64,000 bases of DNA from Tieghemostelium lacteum. Its lineage: Eukaryota. The position numbers and the translations under genes were made by a program. Each line of letters opens with the position of its first letter. Position 1 is the stretch's first letter. Positions 60,701 through 64,000 of this stretch are shown in pieces. The stretch covers positions 207,758-271,757 of the forward strand of contig LODT01000042.1 in the NCBI GenBank assembly GCA_001606155.1, in the 5' to 3' direction. The notes beneath the pieces were generated by a model that was not told the origin of the DNA, did not search any database, and saw only the letters and a program-made list of their open reading frames with translations.

Positions 60701-63354
60701 TTGAGAAATCTCTACCCCCTAAAACTGAGAGAATCCTTCGTGTTGATTTTGCACCATTACAAAAGAAATACTATAAATGGATTCTAGCAAAGAACTTTAA
60801 TGAATTAAACAAGGGTGTCAAAGGTGAAAAGACTACGCTTTTAAATATAGTAACTGAATTGAAGAAGACTTGTAACCATCCATATCTCTTTGAAAGTGCT
60901 GTTCAGGAGAGTAGTGGAGCTCTTGAAGATTTAATCAAGGGTTCTGGTAAACTTATTCTATTGGATAAGTTACTACTCCGTCTCAAGGAGACTGGACATA
61001 GAGTTCTGATATTCAGTCAGATGGTTAGAATGTTGGATATTCTAGCAGAGTATCTGAAAAAGAGATCTTTCCAATTCCAGAGACTAGATGGTTCTATGGG
61101 TAACGATAAAAGAAATCAAGCAATGGATAGATTCAATGCACCAGATTCACCAGATTTTTGTTTTCTTCTATCGACTAGAGCTGGTGGTTTGGGTATTAAT
61201 TTAACCACTGCTGATACTGTAATTATTTTTGATTCGGATTGGAATCCACAAAATGATTTACAAGCTGAAGCTAGAGCACATCGTATAGGTCAGAAGAATC
61301 ATGTTAATATTTATAGATTGGTCACCAAGAACTCTATTGAAGAAGATATTCTAGAGAGAGCCAAACAAAAGATGGTTTTGGATCATTTGGTAATTCAAAC
61401 CATGGAGAAATCTGCTACGGCTTCAAAGAGTTCTTCTAACGTATTCAACAAGGAGGATCTTGAGAAGATTTTGAAATTTGGTGCAGAGGATCTATTCAAA
61501 GAAGCAAATGATGAAACTAACCAAATGCCTGAAATGGATATTGATGAGATTTTATCGAGAGCTGTTGTAACCAATAATGATCAACCAACTGATATGAATG
61601 CAGGTCAGGAGTTACTTAACAGTTTTAGAGTGGCTAATTTCAGTACAAGTACTGGTAAAGAGAAGGAGGATATATCATGGGACAAGATCATTCCTGATAG
61701 TGAAAGACAAGGTCAATCCACAACTGAAGATGATCCAATGATGCTGCTGGGTACCAGAAGATCAAGAACAGAGGCTACACTAGGTAATATGCCTACACTC
61801 TCTTCACATGAACCACTCACCATTACTGTAAAACCTAAAAAAGAAATTACATTCTTTAACAAAAAAGAGATTAAAATACTCATTAGATCACTTAAAAAGT
61901 ATGGTACTCACCAGAGAGCAAAAGAAATATTGGTAGATGCAAATTTCCCAACTAACAAACCAGTAAGAGCAACTGAAGACATTTGTAAAGAGATTATAGA
62001 GTCTTGTAGAAAAGCTGTTCGTGATAACTCTGATAGTTCTGATAAGATTCATATTGTCTACAATGGAACTGATATCAATGCCATTGAAATGATGCAACGT
62101 GTTGAGGATATGGAGGTTCTATGTGACTTGTGTAAACCACATATGGCTGATCATCAACATTTCCGTGTTACTTTCCCAATTCGTCCTGTTAGTTGGCAAG
62201 TTAAATGGGGTCCTAAAGAAGATGCCATGGTGCTGATGGGTTCATATAAACATGGTATGGGTAATTGGGAAGCAATTCAACAAGACACTTCTTTGGGACT
62301 GGATCAGATTATATCTTTGTCTAATGAAGATCAGGATCCTACTCAAAAAGTTAAAGGTCCAACCCTACAAAGACGTGTTGAAGCTCTTGTAAAATCTGCT
62401 AAAGATATCTATAAAACAAAGAAGATTCAGTCTGATCAAGAGGAGGTCAATGTAAAGAAAGAGGGTGATAAATCATCCACAAGACTCAGTCAGAGAAAGA
62501 GGGTACCTAGAACAAGTAATACCACTACCACCACCACAACTACAACTACATCTTCTGGTAGAGCTGTAAAACCTACACCAGAGAAGAGAAAACTATCAAA
62601 ATACTCTGACGATGATGAAGATTATCAAGATGAACCTCATCCAAAGAAGAAATTAAAATCTAGAACAGGATCTTCTAGAAGACAATCAAGCGGTAATAGT
62701 ACCACTAAATCACCATCCAGATCAAGTGGTGTTCCTCCTAAAGTAAAACCTGAAGTACAATCACCAATCAGAACAAGTTCAGGTAGATTATCAATGCCTC
62801 CTCAAAAACTCAATCAAAGTAATAATACTGTTAATAGTCCAAGTAAATTTAAACAAACACCAAATCAAAATAGTAAACATTCATCATTAATGTCTGATGA
62901 GGAAACTAAATCAATTAGTAGTAGTAGAAATACTACAACTCCTGAAAGATCTAGATCATCATCTAGACCAAGTAGATCAACTTCATCCACTTCCACACAT
63001 AGCTTATCTAGTAGCATCAGAAGTAGTAGTGGTAGTGAGTTAGCGAGAAAATGTAAACACCTTTTAAATCCACTTTTACCACTACTAGTCAAGTTTCAAT
63101 CACTCTCAGATGAGACATCTAAAAAAACCAGAGAAGAAAAATTAACAAAAACTAAAAAATATCTAGTCAAGTTGGGCAGCAGCATAGATTCCATTGCTGA
63201 ACAAGAAAAATCGAAAAAGCCACCAGGAAGCAATGAACCTTCCTTATTGCAGGCACTGTGGGAACATGCTTCAAAATATACTGCCTCTGAAGGGAATGAA
63301 CTCAAACAATTGTATGAAAAAATGAGTTCTAAGATAGAAACAAAAAATAAATAA
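57766..63354 (+). CDS. CHD1-type chromodomain-helicase-DNA-binding protein (tandem chromodomains + SNF2 ATPase + CHD1 C-terminal helical domain); exons 57766..58753, 58813..59187, 59249..63354
   Basis: N-terminal poly-N/Q and acidic Ser region ending ...SDSDYEPNK (CHD1: ETESDYEPKNK), then a basic block KGKKKSLKKKKKQPARKQR. Chromodomains: [23 protein letters not shown] and YLVKWCTLAYADVTWEYPEEI. Helicase motifs: [107 protein letters not shown]. The C-terminus ...KCKHLLNPLLPLL...EPSLLQALWEHASKYTASEGNELKQLYEKM fits the CHD1 CHCT domain. Phase-1 introns of 59 and 61 nt. Confidence 0.9.
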
Positions 63355-63480
63355 ACGATTCAACCTAATGTCATCTCTTCAATTTTAAAATAGTACTACT
63401 TATTTAATAAAATGAATTTTTTAAAGAGGATTAAAAAAAAATTAATTAAATATCTTTAATATATATATTCAATGTTTTAT

Positions 63481-64000
63481 TTATTTTTGATTTGTTATTG
63501 ACAATTTTCTAATGGATTGGTATAATTTCACTGCATATTGATTTGAATCTTTAGAATCATCCATTACATTTTTTAGAAGAGATAAATCATCAAAGAATTC
63601 CATAAAGTCTGCAAATTCTTTGAGTTCATCTTGATAGGCTGATAGGATGCCTTTTAGTTCAGTTTGAATCTTGTTAGAGCTATTTGCTAGGTATGATTTA
63701 ATTTCAACAATCCAATTTTGATCATTTAAGTTTAAGGAATCTGGTCTGATGAGTTGATGGAATTTAGCAATGAGTGAGTAGAAGATCAACCATGGTCTGC
63801 AGATGGTAAAGAGGGTGTCTACAGAAGGAGATTCCTCAGTGGAAGATGGTTGTTTGCTGTTTGAGAAGTATTCAGCAAATGCATACAATAGAGTTCTAGT
63901 GAGATAATTAAACTTATTAGTTTCCCATTCTTTTGGCGACAATAGATAGAGTGAAAGAACCAAGAAATATGGAACATTATCTGGAGAGGATGATTGAACC
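63481..64000 (-). CDS. 3'-terminal part of an unidentified gene on the minus strand (start lies beyond the window end)
   Basis: ORF 63481..63963 (160 aa, ...LKGILSAYQDELKEFADFMEFFDDLSLLKNVMDD...) remains open toward the window edge in coding-like sequence. No family recognised. The intron structure is unknown. Confidence 0.35.
   Translation of the reverse strand, partial: VQSSSPDNVPYFLVLSLYLLSPKEWETNKFNYLTRTLLYAFAEYFSNSKQPSSTEESPSVDTLFTICRPWLIFYSLIAKFHQLIRPDSLNLNDQNWIVEIKSYLANSSNKIQTELKGILSAYQDELKEFADFMEFFDDLSLLKNVMDDSKDSNQYAVKLYQSIRKLSITNQK

Overview
The window is a gene-dense eukaryotic nuclear segment that looks dictyostelid (social amoeba). The sequence is AT-rich and carries poly-Asn/Gln/Ser codon tracts. 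Introns are short (about 55-190 bp) and AT-rich, with GTAAGT/GTATGT donors and YAG acceptors. I found no prokaryotic operons, CRISPR arrays, rRNA, convincing tRNA or transposon ORFs.

I count about 25 protein-coding genes on both strands. Almost all can be named by family from conserved motifs read off the ORF track after splicing:
- xanthine dehydrogenase (3' part)
- a secreted/anchored unknown protein
- DAD1/OST2
- an ankyrin+RA-domain protein
- a Lys-rich MPP6-like protein
- a MUS81-like ERCC4 nuclease
- a ZnT5-like zinc transporter
- ARL2
- a RapGAP protein
- a secreted bacterial-type PBP4/S13 D,D-carboxypeptidase, probably from horizontal transfer
- SF3a60
- WDR11-like
- VPS13
- an Ariadne-type RBR E3 ligase
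- syntaxin-5
- U3-55K/Rrp9
- archease
- a CHD1-type remodeler

The most unusual locus is a tandem duplication of about 3.3 kb. Each copy encodes a B-box zinc finger, a GBP/atlastin-like P-loop GTPase and a C3HC4 RING finger in one protein. That reads as a TRIM-like GTPase E3 ligase. The two copies have diverged and a conserved ~100-nt small element is present in two copies around the locus.

Other points of note:
- a disrupted pseudogene (in-frame TGA plus frameshifts)
- a His-rich repeat mini-ORF
- several coding tandem repeats

Caveats:
- Many ORF-track 'M' residues are GTG/TTG artefacts. True gene models need splicing.
- Splice coordinates were derived by eye and may be off by 1-2 nt.
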